From Spirulina sp. (GTDB lineage: Bacteria > Cyanobacteriota > Cyanobacteriia > Phormidesmidales > Phormidesmidaceae), in the NCBI GenBank assembly GCA_044070495.1, contig JBIPSI010000009.1, positions 64,001-128,000 of the forward strand: DNA of 64,000 bases. Reading direction: 5' to 3'. This document shows, piece by piece, positions 48,810 to 56,324 of this stretch (positions are counted from its first letter, which is position 1; each line of letters opens with the position of its first letter). Under the pieces are notes generated by a model. It saw nothing but the letters and a program-made list of their open reading frames with translations. It was not told the DNA's origin and did not search any database. The position numbers were made by a program, and so were the translations under genes.

Positions 48810-51164
48810 ATGCTTTCTCGGATTAAATCCTTTCTCCTCACTGGGGCCATGATTGCCGCTTTGGTGCTTCAAATGGCTGTGCCCCCAGCCTTGGCCCAAG
48901 AAACCCTGCCTCGCCCGGAACCCACCTTTAAGGGCAAGGTTGGTGTTACCTACCAAGACTCTCAACCGGATACCGCCCTGTTTCAGGCCGCAAAGGCTCC
49001 CGATGGTGCCCCGAACGTGCTGCTGGTGCTGATTGACGATGCGGGGTTTGGTTCCGCCAGTACGTTCGGTGGCCCCATTGCAACGCCCACCTTTGATCGG
49101 TTAGCGGCCAACGGATTGCGCTACAACGCCTTCCACACAACGGCCCTCTGTTCGCCCACCCGCGCCGCGATTTTGACCGGGCGCAACCACCATTCCGTCG
49201 GGTCGGGCACGATTCAAGAACTGGCCACGGCCTATCCCGGCTATACGGGGCTGATTCCCCAAAGTACGGCCACGATTGGCCAAATTCTCCAGCGCAACGG
49301 CTATAGCACCGCCTGGTTTGGCAAAAACCACAATGTGCCCGACAACCAAACCACCAGCGTCGGCCCCTTTGATCGCTGGCCTAACGGGCTGGGCTTCGAC
49401 TATTTCTATGGCTTCATCGGTGGCGAAACCGACCAGTGGTATCCCACCCTCTACGAGAACCAAAAACTCGTTGAAACCCTGCCCCTGCCCGAAGACGGCT
49501 ACAACCTCACCCACGATCTGGCCGACAAAACCATCGCCTGGATCAACCAATCGAAAACCACGGCACCGGATCGTCCCTTTTTCGCCTACTTTGCCCCCGG
49601 TGCGGCCCATGCCCCCCACCAGCCTCCGGCGGAATACGTGGCCAAGTACAAAGGCCAGTTTGACCAGGGCTGGGACAAGGTGCGAGAGGAAACCTTTGAG
49701 CGGCAGAAGCAACTGGGGGTGATTCCAGCCAATGCGGAACTCACCCCTCGGCCCGAAGCGATGCCCGCCTGGGACAGCTTTAGCCCTGAGGATCAGAAAA
49801 TTCTGGCCCGCCAGATGGAAACCTACGCCGGGTTCCTTGATTACACCGACCAGGAAATTGGCCGGGTGGTAGACGCCATTGCCGACCTCGGCGAACTGGA
49901 CAACACCCTGGTGATCTACATCAACGGCGACAACGGGGCCAGCGCCGAGGGCAGCCTGATCGGCACCTGCAACGAAATCCTCAACCTGAACGGCCTCAAC
50001 CTGACCATGGAGGACAACCGCCGCTGCTACGACGTTTGGGGCGGCCCCGAAACCTCCCCCCACTATGCGGTGAGCTGGGCTTGGGCCATGGATAGCCCCT
50101 TCCAATGGACGAAGCAGGTGGCCTCCTACCTGGGCGGCATTCGCAACGGCATGGTGATCTCCTGGCCCGCCAAAATTAAGGAGAAGGGCGGCCTGCGACC
50201 CCAGTTTGGCCATGTGATCGACATCGCCCCCACCATCCTGGAAGCCACTGGCATCCCGGAGCCGGACATCTACAACGGCATCGCCCAAAAGCCCATGGAA
50301 GGCACCAGCCTGGTCTACACCTTTGGCCAGGGTGCGGCCACAACGCCGGAACGCCACACCCTTCAATACTTTGAGATGCTGGGCCACCGCGCCCTCTACA
50401 AAGACGGCATGATGGCCTCCGCCTTCCACAACCGCCTACCCTGGATTACCGCAGGCACCGTCCCCTTCGACACCGATAAGTGGGAACTGTTCGACCTCAC
50501 CCAAGACTTCACTCAGGCCAAAGACCTCTCGGCGGCACAGCCGGAGAAACTGAAGGAGCTTCAGGACTTGTTCCTAGTCGAGGCCGAAAAGTACAACGTG
50601 TTCCCCCTGGATGATCGCTTTGCCGAGCGGGCCGACGTGAACCTCCGTCCCGGCTTCTTCACCGGACGCAAGCACATCGAGTTTGCAGGCAATATGCCCT
50701 CCATCCCCGAAGGCAGCGCCCCCAGCACAAAAAATGCCTCCCACACCATCGATGCCGATTTGATGATTCCACCCCAAGGCGCAGAAGGGGTGATTTTCTC
50801 CGAAGGCGGCCTCACCAGCGGGTTTAGCCTCTACGTCAAAGACAACAAACTCACCTACGACTACAACTGGTTTGACCTAGAGCGCACCTCCATCACCGCC
50901 GCTACCCCACTACCCACGGGCAAAGTGCATGTGCGGTTCGACTTCGCCTACGATGGCGGTGGCCCAGGCAAAGGCGGCACGGGTACGCTTTACGTCAACA
51001 ACCGTAAGGTGGGCCAGGGCAAAATCCCCAAAACCGTCGCAGGTCGCTTTGGGGTCGAAGCTATGGACTTCGGTAAGGACTTACAATCCCCCGTCAGCCA
51101 TGCCTACCAGCCCCCCTTCGCCTTCACTGGAGTTGTAGAAAAGGTGGTGCTCGACATTAAGTAA
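48810..51164 (+). CDS. Secreted arylsulfatase (Cys-type, formylglycine-dependent)
   Basis: Signal peptide, PNVLLVLIDDAG, CSPTR motif, LTGRNHH, GDNG. Confidence 0.94.
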   Translation: MLSRIKSFLLTGAMIAALVLQMAVPPALAQETLPRPEPTFKGKVGVTYQDSQPDTALFQAAKAPDGAPNVLLVLIDDAGFGSASTFGGPIATPTFDRLAANGLRYNAFHTTALCSPTRAAILTGRNHHSVGSGTIQELATAYPGYTGLIPQSTATIGQILQRNGYSTAWFGKNHNVPDNQTTSVGPFDRWPNGLGFDYFYGFIGGETDQWYPTLYENQKLVETLPLPEDGYNLTHDLADKTIAWINQSKTTAPDRPFFAYFAPGAAHAPHQPPAEYVAKYKGQFDQGWDKVREETFERQKQLGVIPANAELTPRPEAMPAWDSFSPEDQKILARQMETYAGFLDYTDQEIGRVVDAIADLGELDNTLVIYINGDNGASAEGSLIGTCNEILNLNGLNLTMEDNRRCYDVWGGPETSPHYAVSWAWAMDSPFQWTKQVASYLGGIRNGMVISWPAKIKEKGGLRPQFGHVIDIAPTILEATGIPEPDIYNGIAQKPMEGTSLVYTFGQGAATTPERHTLQYFEMLGHRALYKDGMMASAFHNRLPWITAGTVPFDTDKWELFDLTQDFTQAKDLSAAQPEKLKELQDLFLVEAEKYNVFPLDDRFAERADVNLRPGFFTGRKHIEFAGNMPSIPEGSAPSTKNASHTIDADLMIPPQGAEGVIFSEGGLTSGFSLYVKDNKLTYDYNWFDLERTSITAATPLPTGKVHVRFDFAYDGGGPGKGGTGTLYVNNRKVGQGKIPKTVAGRFGVEAMDFGKDLQSPVSHAYQPPFAFTGVVEKVVLDIK

Positions 51165-51176
51165 CGCCACCCACCA

Positions 51177-51209
51177 AGATCCCAGGGTTCTTGAAGAACC
51201 CTGGGATCT
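51177..51209. terminator. Perfect 16-bp palindrome after the sulfatase (terminator or repeat hairpin)
   Basis: AGATCCCAGGGTTCTT-G-AAGAACCCTGGGATCT. Confidence 0.6.
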
Positions 51210-51277
51210 GCCACCGCTCAGCCACGTCACCCTCAAATGACTGGGTTATTATCAGAGAAGTCTACCCATTACTGGCA

Positions 51278-51475
51278 ATGGCGCAAGCAGCAGACGACAG
51301 AAACGACTCTCAGCAGGTGATTGCTGAAATTCGAGAACTGAAGCAGGAAATCGAGCAGTTTAACCAAAAGTTTGACAACTACCAAAAGTCTACTCAATGG
51401 GTGGTGCAACTGGCATTTAGCCTGATTGCCGCAGCAACGGTAACAGTCATTGTTTCAACGGTACTGGGTAAGTAG
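51278..51475 (+). CDS. Small coiled-coil protein with a C-terminal transmembrane helix
   Basis: 65 aa: EIRELKQEIEQFNQKFDNYQK..WVVQLAFSLIAAATV. Confidence 0.65.
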   Translation: MAQAADDRNDSQQVIAEIRELKQEIEQFNQKFDNYQKSTQWVVQLAFSLIAAATVTVIVSTVLGK

Positions 51476-51563
51476 ATAGTTTTGGTGCCGTGGTGAGAAC
51501 CGGGGGAATATAGGTGGCTCCGGGCTGGCTGACGGACACAATGCCGCAAAGCTTTGATCTCTC

Positions 51564-51650
51564 GTAGGTTGGGTGGCGCGATAGCGCAGAACCCAACAAG
51601 CCCGAAGTCCTCGGTGAGCGTTGGGTTTCGCTTCGCTGCACCCAACCTAC
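51564..51650. repeat. GTAG-type REP doublet
   Basis: GTAGGTTGGGTG...CACCCAACCTAC, same family as 37533 and 38851. Confidence 0.9.
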
Positions 51651-51766
51651 TTTGGAGATGTGTCAGGCAATCAGACGTTCGCCAGTCCTAGGCGGTTGAG
51701 AAGCAGAAAGCTAGGATAAAGACAGAATCCGCGAGATCGGCGCGTGAGGTTTCCGCCGCTGAGCGT

Positions 51767-52009
51767 ATGCCAACCATCCTCAAAATTGGCCCCTATCGGT
51801 TTTATTTCTTCTCCAGAGAAGAAAGTCGGGTTCATATTTATATTTCCTGTGCAGATGGAGAAGCAAAATTTTGGCTAGAACCTGACATAGAGTTGGCTAC
51901 AAACTACAAGCTTTCTAAAACACAGCTTAAGCAAATTGAGCAACTCATTGAGGAATATTGTGATGACTTTAAAAACGCCTGGAATAACCATTTCAGACCT
52001 GGAAGTTAG
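51767..52009 (+). CDS. DUF4160 family protein
   Basis: MPTILKIGPYRFYFFSREE..HIY..EAKFWLEP..AWNNHF. Confidence 0.88.
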   Translation: MPTILKIGPYRFYFFSREESRVHIYISCADGEAKFWLEPDIELATNYKLSKTQLKQIEQLIEEYCDDFKNAWNNHFRPGS

Positions 52010-52238
52010 CAATATCTCAAAGCATGGCCTGTGGTTAATCCATGACGATCAAGAATATTTCTTACCCTATGACCAATTCCCCTGGTTTCAGGAGACTCCT
52101 GTCAAGCATGTCTTCAATGTAGAAGAACCCCATCCTGGCCACCTCTACTGGCCCGATCTCGATGTTGATCTTTCCCTAGACATTATTCAAAATCTAGAAC
52201 GTTTTCCACTCCAGTTCAATCTCAAACCTTCCTCATAA
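51963..52238 (+). CDS. DUF2442 family protein
   Basis: EVSNISKHGLWL..EYFLPYDQFPWF..LYWPDLDVDLS; overlaps the DUF4160 gene. Confidence 0.88.
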   Translation: MTLKTPGITISDLEVSNISKHGLWLIHDDQEYFLPYDQFPWFQETPVKHVFNVEEPHPGHLYWPDLDVDLSLDIIQNLERFPLQFNLKPSS

Positions 52239-52284
52239 AAGGAACAATTTGTCCTTCCTGAACCATTAGAACGTTTCCTTTAAA

Positions 52285-52497
52285 TCTGCCGCTGTGTACT
52301 CACAGGGATCGTTCTGGGGCCAGTTCCTTGGCTTGGCGAATAAACGTGGCGCACTTTAGCCCCGCCATCTCAAAACCCAGATCCACCGCCTCGTCGCGGC
52401 CCACCTGTTTGTAGCAGGTGTCCACCTTGGCCCGTTCGTCGTCGGCAAACAACGGAACACTCACCGCACCGGGGATATGGCCCTGGGCATATTCCCC
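52285..52497 (-). pseudogene. mnmH: Fragment of tRNA 2-selenouridine synthase (rhodanese domain)
   Basis: Manual translation GEYAQGHIPGAVSVPLFADDERAKVDTCYKQVGRDEAVDLG...AKELAPERSL*VHSGR; no start codon, internal TGA, catalytic CWRGG lost. Confidence 0.8.
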
Positions 52498-52637
52498 CTG
52501 AAATCCCTGGGGCCAACGCTGACCTCTGCGTACCCTGTATCCTGAAGTTAGGACTCGCTGATCCGACGGCTGATCCGATGGCCGATCAACGAGATCAACT
52601 CTGTAACTAGCTCATCTCTATAGAGAGGATTCGCCCC

Positions 52638-52970
52638 ATGCAGGACAGATCCCCGGATAAAGATACACGTAGCATGATGATCCTAGCCCATGTGCTGGGG
52701 TTGTTGACGGGGTTTATTGGCCCGTTGATCATCTACCTAGTGACCGAAGATCCCGAGGTCAAACGCCACGCCAGAATTGCCCTCAATTGGCAAATTAGCC
52801 TGTTGATTTACCTGTTCGTGTCTGTCATCTTGATGTTTGTTGTGATTGGGTTTTTCCTCTTTTTCATTGCCTTGCTTCTAGACTTGGTGTTCTGCATCAT
52901 GGCGGCCCTTAAAGCCAATGACGGCATCGCCTGGAAGTATCCCCTCACCATTCCGCTGATTAAGGAATAG
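52638..52970 (+). CDS. DUF4870 family membrane protein
   Basis: LAHVLG..GPLIIYL..HARIALNWQIS..ALKANDG..WKYP. Confidence 0.88.
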   Translation: MQDRSPDKDTRSMMILAHVLGLLTGFIGPLIIYLVTEDPEVKRHARIALNWQISLLIYLFVSVILMFVVIGFFLFFIALLLDLVFCIMAALKANDGIAWKYPLTIPLIKE

Positions 52971-53019
52971 AGCGGACACCCTAGCGATTGTGACATGGTC
53001 GAGGCGATCCCCTTTCTGA

Positions 53020-53152
53020 TTCGAGGGGCCGCGCCTCACCGATCATGGCGGCGGCGGGATAGCCCTGTTGCCGTAGCTGGTCTAGGCAGGCTTGGGCTTG
53101 GTCGGCGGGCACAGCGATACTAGCTCCCCAGCAGTCTGGGGGGGCAAACAGT
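53020..53152 (-). pseudogene. selD: Degenerate duplicate of the selD 3' end
   Basis: [29 protein letters not shown] matches the selD C-terminus (about 53616-53750), also at DNA level. Confidence 0.85.
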
Positions 53153-53178
53153 CTTATCACCCATGGGTTACGCTTCGC

Positions 53179-53449
53179 GTAATTGGTCACAGCAATAAGG
53201 AAGGCTTAATGAGAAAGCCTCCCGAGACCCAGAATTATCCAGGCAACAGAATAGGGGGCGAGCACCCCGAAGCGGCGATGAGCTCAAAGAGGTGGTCTAC
53301 GGCGTTTTTACCCTGACGGCGCATGGATTCGAGAAAGCTGAACATCATCGCGACTAACTGAGCACCCCAATCACTGCGGGCACCCCCCAAGACTTTTCGA
53401 TGAATCACAACGGGCCGTAAGCCTCGCTCCGCATCGTTGTTGTCGGTTC
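53179..53449 (-). mobile_element. IS66-family remnant (transposase C-terminus plus a probable GTAA terminal repeat)
   Basis: Minus-strand translation TDNNDAERGLRPVVIHRKVLGGARSDWGAQ...* (stop 53235-53237); end begins GTAATTGGTCACAGC. Confidence 0.75.
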
Positions 53450-53592
53450 GTAGGGTGCATTCGCGGCATCACCATCCTTTGCCCCTGCGGCACAAATCTC
53501 ATTGGCCGCAATGCACCACTACCCCACATCCCACCCATTGCGGGTTTTTCTTTATCTGGGCTTTGGTGCATTGCTTCGCAAGTGCACCCTAC
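53450..53592. repeat. GTAG-type REP doublet of a second class (GTAGGGTGCA...TGCACCCTAC)
   Basis: Terminal inverted repeats plus an internal GCAATGCACC/GGTGCATTGC pair. Confidence 0.8.
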
Positions 53593-56048
53593 AAGCTGAG
53601 GGGTGTTTGGGTATTTTCGAGGGGCCGTACCTCACCGATGATGGCAGCCTCGGCATAGCCTTGTCGTCGTAGGCTCTCTAGGCAAGCTTGGGCTTGGTCG
53701 GCGGGCACAGCGGCCAGCAACCCCCCGGCGGTTTGGGGGTCAAACAGTAGGGGATAGGTGGGGTAGTGGGCATAGGCTTCGGCATTGGCGATGGCCTGGG
53801 CCGCTTGCAAATTCTGGGCGTGTAGTGAACTCACAATGCCCTGGGCGAGGGTATCCCTGGCCCCTTCTAGGATGGGCAGGCTGTCTAAATTCAGCGCTAC
53901 GTTCACCGCTGAGGCATTGACCATTTCTAGCAGGTGCCCCACTAGGCCAAAACCCGTCACATCGGTGCAGGCGGTGGCCCCATGCTGCCGAAACACCTCC
54001 GCAGCGGCGTGGTTGGGGTGAATCATCGCGGCAATAGCGGCCTCAATCCAGCGGCCCTTGGCTTTTTTCTGCATATCCGCCGCAAAAAGCGTCCCCGTCC
54101 CTAGTGCCTGGGTGAGGATGAGGACATCTCCCGCCGCCATGCCCCCCTTGCGCAGCAGGCGATCCGGCTCGGCCACGCCATTGCAGGCAAACCCCAGCGT
54201 CAGTTGCGGCCCCTCAATCGTATGGCCACCAACCAGGGGCGTACCCGTGGGCAGCAGGCCCTTATAGATGCCGGAAAGCAGGTGGTAGAGGATTTCCACC
54301 TGAAGGACAGGGGTGGCGTAGGGCAGTTGCACCATCGCCAAAACGCTGTGGGGCGTGGCTCCCATGGCATAGAGGTCGCTGAGGCCATGGTTGAGGGCAA
54401 TTTGGGCAAACACAAAGGGATCGTCTACCAGGGCCGGGAAGAAATCCACCGTATGCACCATCACCCGACCGGGCGGAACGGCCATCACAGCGGCATCGTC
54501 GGGGGAATCCAGACCAATTAGCAGGTCTTGGGGAGTGAGGTGAGGAAAATCTTGCTGCACCCGATGTAACGCCTGGGAGAGGACGGTGCTGCCAATTTTA
54601 GAGCCACAGCCGGAGCAGGGCATGGGGGTGGCGGGGTGGTGGGGTGGGGTGGTGGTGGGGTGGTGAAAATTTTTAAGTTTGTTCGCGCAGCGTCTCCGGA
54701 GGAGAAATTTTGAATTTTGAATTTGAGCGGAGGCGGGGGCCTCGGTCATCGCCGGAAAATCTGTGAAGAGGGCCATGAATTTGCGGTCGATGTGGTCTTT
54801 CCAGCGGCGGCAGAGGGGGGATTCTAGGGCAAAGGGGCCACGGGCGGCGATGGTTTTGCCGTGGCCGATGTCGATTAAATTAAGGAAGTCTTTCTGGGGA
54901 CGGAAGGGTTTGAGGGGTTGCCCCTGGAGGAAACGGCGCAGGTTTTCGTAGAGGGGCTGGCCCTGACGCACGGCAAACACGCCAGCCTTGGGGCGGGGGT
55001 GGTTGACCATAGTGGCCACATCCCCAGCGGCGAAAATGTTGGGATGGGACAGGGTTTGCAGGGTGTCGCCCACTTGGATAAACCCCCGGCTATCCAGCGA
55101 GAGGCCAGAACCCTGGAGCCAGTCGGGGGCGGATGCATTGGTGACCCAGAAAACCCGATCACACGCCACGGCTAATCCAGATTGACTATGGATAATTCGC
55201 TGCCCAGTGGCTTCATCTAGGGTAACGGCGGTGACGGCTTCGTTGAGGTGAACCTGAATCCCCCGCTCTTGACAAATTTGTAAGATTCGTCGCCTTGTCC
55301 AGCGGTTGCGGCCTTCCGCCAAGGCAGGGCCACGGTGGAAAAGGTGGATCGTGACCTTCTCCAAAGACGAGAGATTGGCCCTCACCCCCCGGCCCCCTCT
55401 CCCCAAGGGAGAGGGGGAGTTAGAGGATCCATCAAAGTCCCTCTCCCCTGGGGAGAGGGATTTAGGGTGAGGGCTTTCTGAGGACTCGGCATGAAAGTTT
55501 CCCAACCCTTCCGACAATCTCGCCTCCATATTCAGGGTCAACTCTACGCCACCTACGCCGCCGCCCACGATGGCGATGGTGCGGGGTTGGTCTGGCTGGG
55601 CCTGAATCTCGGCCAAGAATGCCTCCCATTGGCGCAGCAAATTGGGGACGGGCTTGGCGGCAATGGCGTACTCGGCGGCACCGGGGACGGTGGTGGTTTG
55701 GGGGGTGCTTCCGGTGTCGATGGACAGCACATCAAAGGCGATGGGGGGATGGTTGGCGCAGAGTACCCGCTGATGGGCCAAATCTAGCTCGATGGCCCGA
55801 TCCATCACCAGGCGACAGTTGGCAAAGCGGGTGAGGGGGCGCAGGTCGATGTGGGCTTCGTCGAAGCTGTACACCCCGGCCACATGGCTGGGCAACATGC
55901 CGGAGTAGGGCGTGTCTACCAGGTCGGTAATTAATGTCAGGCGCACGCCGGGGAGGGGATTCATGCCCCATTTCCGCAGTACCAGGGCATGGGTGTGGCC
56001 GCCGCCGAGGAGGACGAGGTCGGTGGAGAGGGGGGTGGGGGGGAGCAT
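53589..56048 (-). CDS. selD: Selenide,water dikinase SelD fused to an N-terminal FAD-dependent oxidoreductase domain
   Basis: [37 protein letters not shown]; then [43 protein letters not shown]. Confidence 0.95.
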   Translation of the reverse strand: MLPPTPLSTDLVLLGGGHTHALVLRKWGMNPLPGVRLTLITDLVDTPYSGMLPSHVAGVYSFDEAHIDLRPLTRFANCRLVMDRAIELDLAHQRVLCANHPPIAFDVLSIDTGSTPQTTTVPGAAEYAIAAKPVPNLLRQWEAFLAEIQAQPDQPRTIAIVGGGVGGVELTLNMEARLSEGLGNFHAESSESPHPKSLSPGERDFDGSSNSPSPLGRGGRGVRANLSSLEKVTIHLFHRGPALAEGRNRWTRRRILQICQERGIQVHLNEAVTAVTLDEATGQRIIHSQSGLAVACDRVFWVTNASAPDWLQGSGLSLDSRGFIQVGDTLQTLSHPNIFAAGDVATMVNHPRPKAGVFAVRQGQPLYENLRRFLQGQPLKPFRPQKDFLNLIDIGHGKTIAARGPFALESPLCRRWKDHIDRKFMALFTDFPAMTEAPASAQIQNSKFLLRRRCANKLKNFHHPTTTPPHHPATPMPCSGCGSKIGSTVLSQALHRVQQDFPHLTPQDLLIGLDSPDDAAVMAVPPGRVMVHTVDFFPALVDDPFVFAQIALNHGLSDLYAMGATPHSVLAMVQLPYATPVLQVEILYHLLSGIYKGLLPTGTPLVGGHTIEGPQLTLGFACNGVAEPDRLLRKGGMAAGDVLILTQALGTGTLFAADMQKKAKGRWIEAAIAAMIHPNHAAAEVFRQHGATACTDVTGFGLVGHLLEMVNASAVNVALNLDSLPILEGARDTLAQGIVSSLHAQNLQAAQAIANAEAYAHYPTYPLLFDPQTAGGLLAAVPADQAQACLESLRRQGYAEAAIIGEVRPLENTQTPLSL
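54681..54705. repeat. Small dispersed repeat GTTCGCGCAGCGTCTCCGGAGGAGA inside the selD linker
   Basis: Close match to 22494-22518 GTTCGCAAAGCGTCTCCCCAGGAGA; flanked by TTTTGAA-like heptamers. Confidence 0.8.
55378..55474. repeat. Palindromic dispersed element inserted in frame in selD
   Basis: Reverse-oriented homolog of 7496-7586; translated as [29 protein letters not shown]. Confidence 0.9.
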
Positions 56049-56180
56049 GGGGGGGAGGGGGGAGGGATGGAGGAGGTGGGAAGGTGGGAAGGTTTGGAGG
56101 GGGACGGGGGGATTTTAGGAGGGGTGGAGGAGGGACGGTGGGGGGAGTGGTAGCGGGTGGGGGTGGTTTGGGGATGGGGC
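56020..56180. repeat. G-rich low-complexity tract at the selD 5' end
   Basis: Many G3-G7 runs on the plus strand. Confidence 0.75.
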
Positions 56181-56324
56181 TGTTATGATTTGGCGCATAG
56201 TTTGAGGATGGCCTTTACTTAGCTTAAAACCCCACAAAGGCAACCGTTTCCCAGGCTATTCTCAAACCCATCGCCGTCATACCCATTCCCTCTTAGCCCA
56301 TGGCTACTCCGCAGGCAACACATC

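Noticed and set aside
49101..50429. Long antisense ORFs (also 19428-20603, 33892-34740, 37980-38639)
   Set aside because: Shadow frames of GC3-rich real genes, with no recognisable motifs
52300..52302. In-frame TGA in the selU fragment as a selenocysteine codon
   Set aside because: It falls at an Arg-like position before VH rather than at the catalytic Cys, the fragment has no start codon, and similarity collapses right after it
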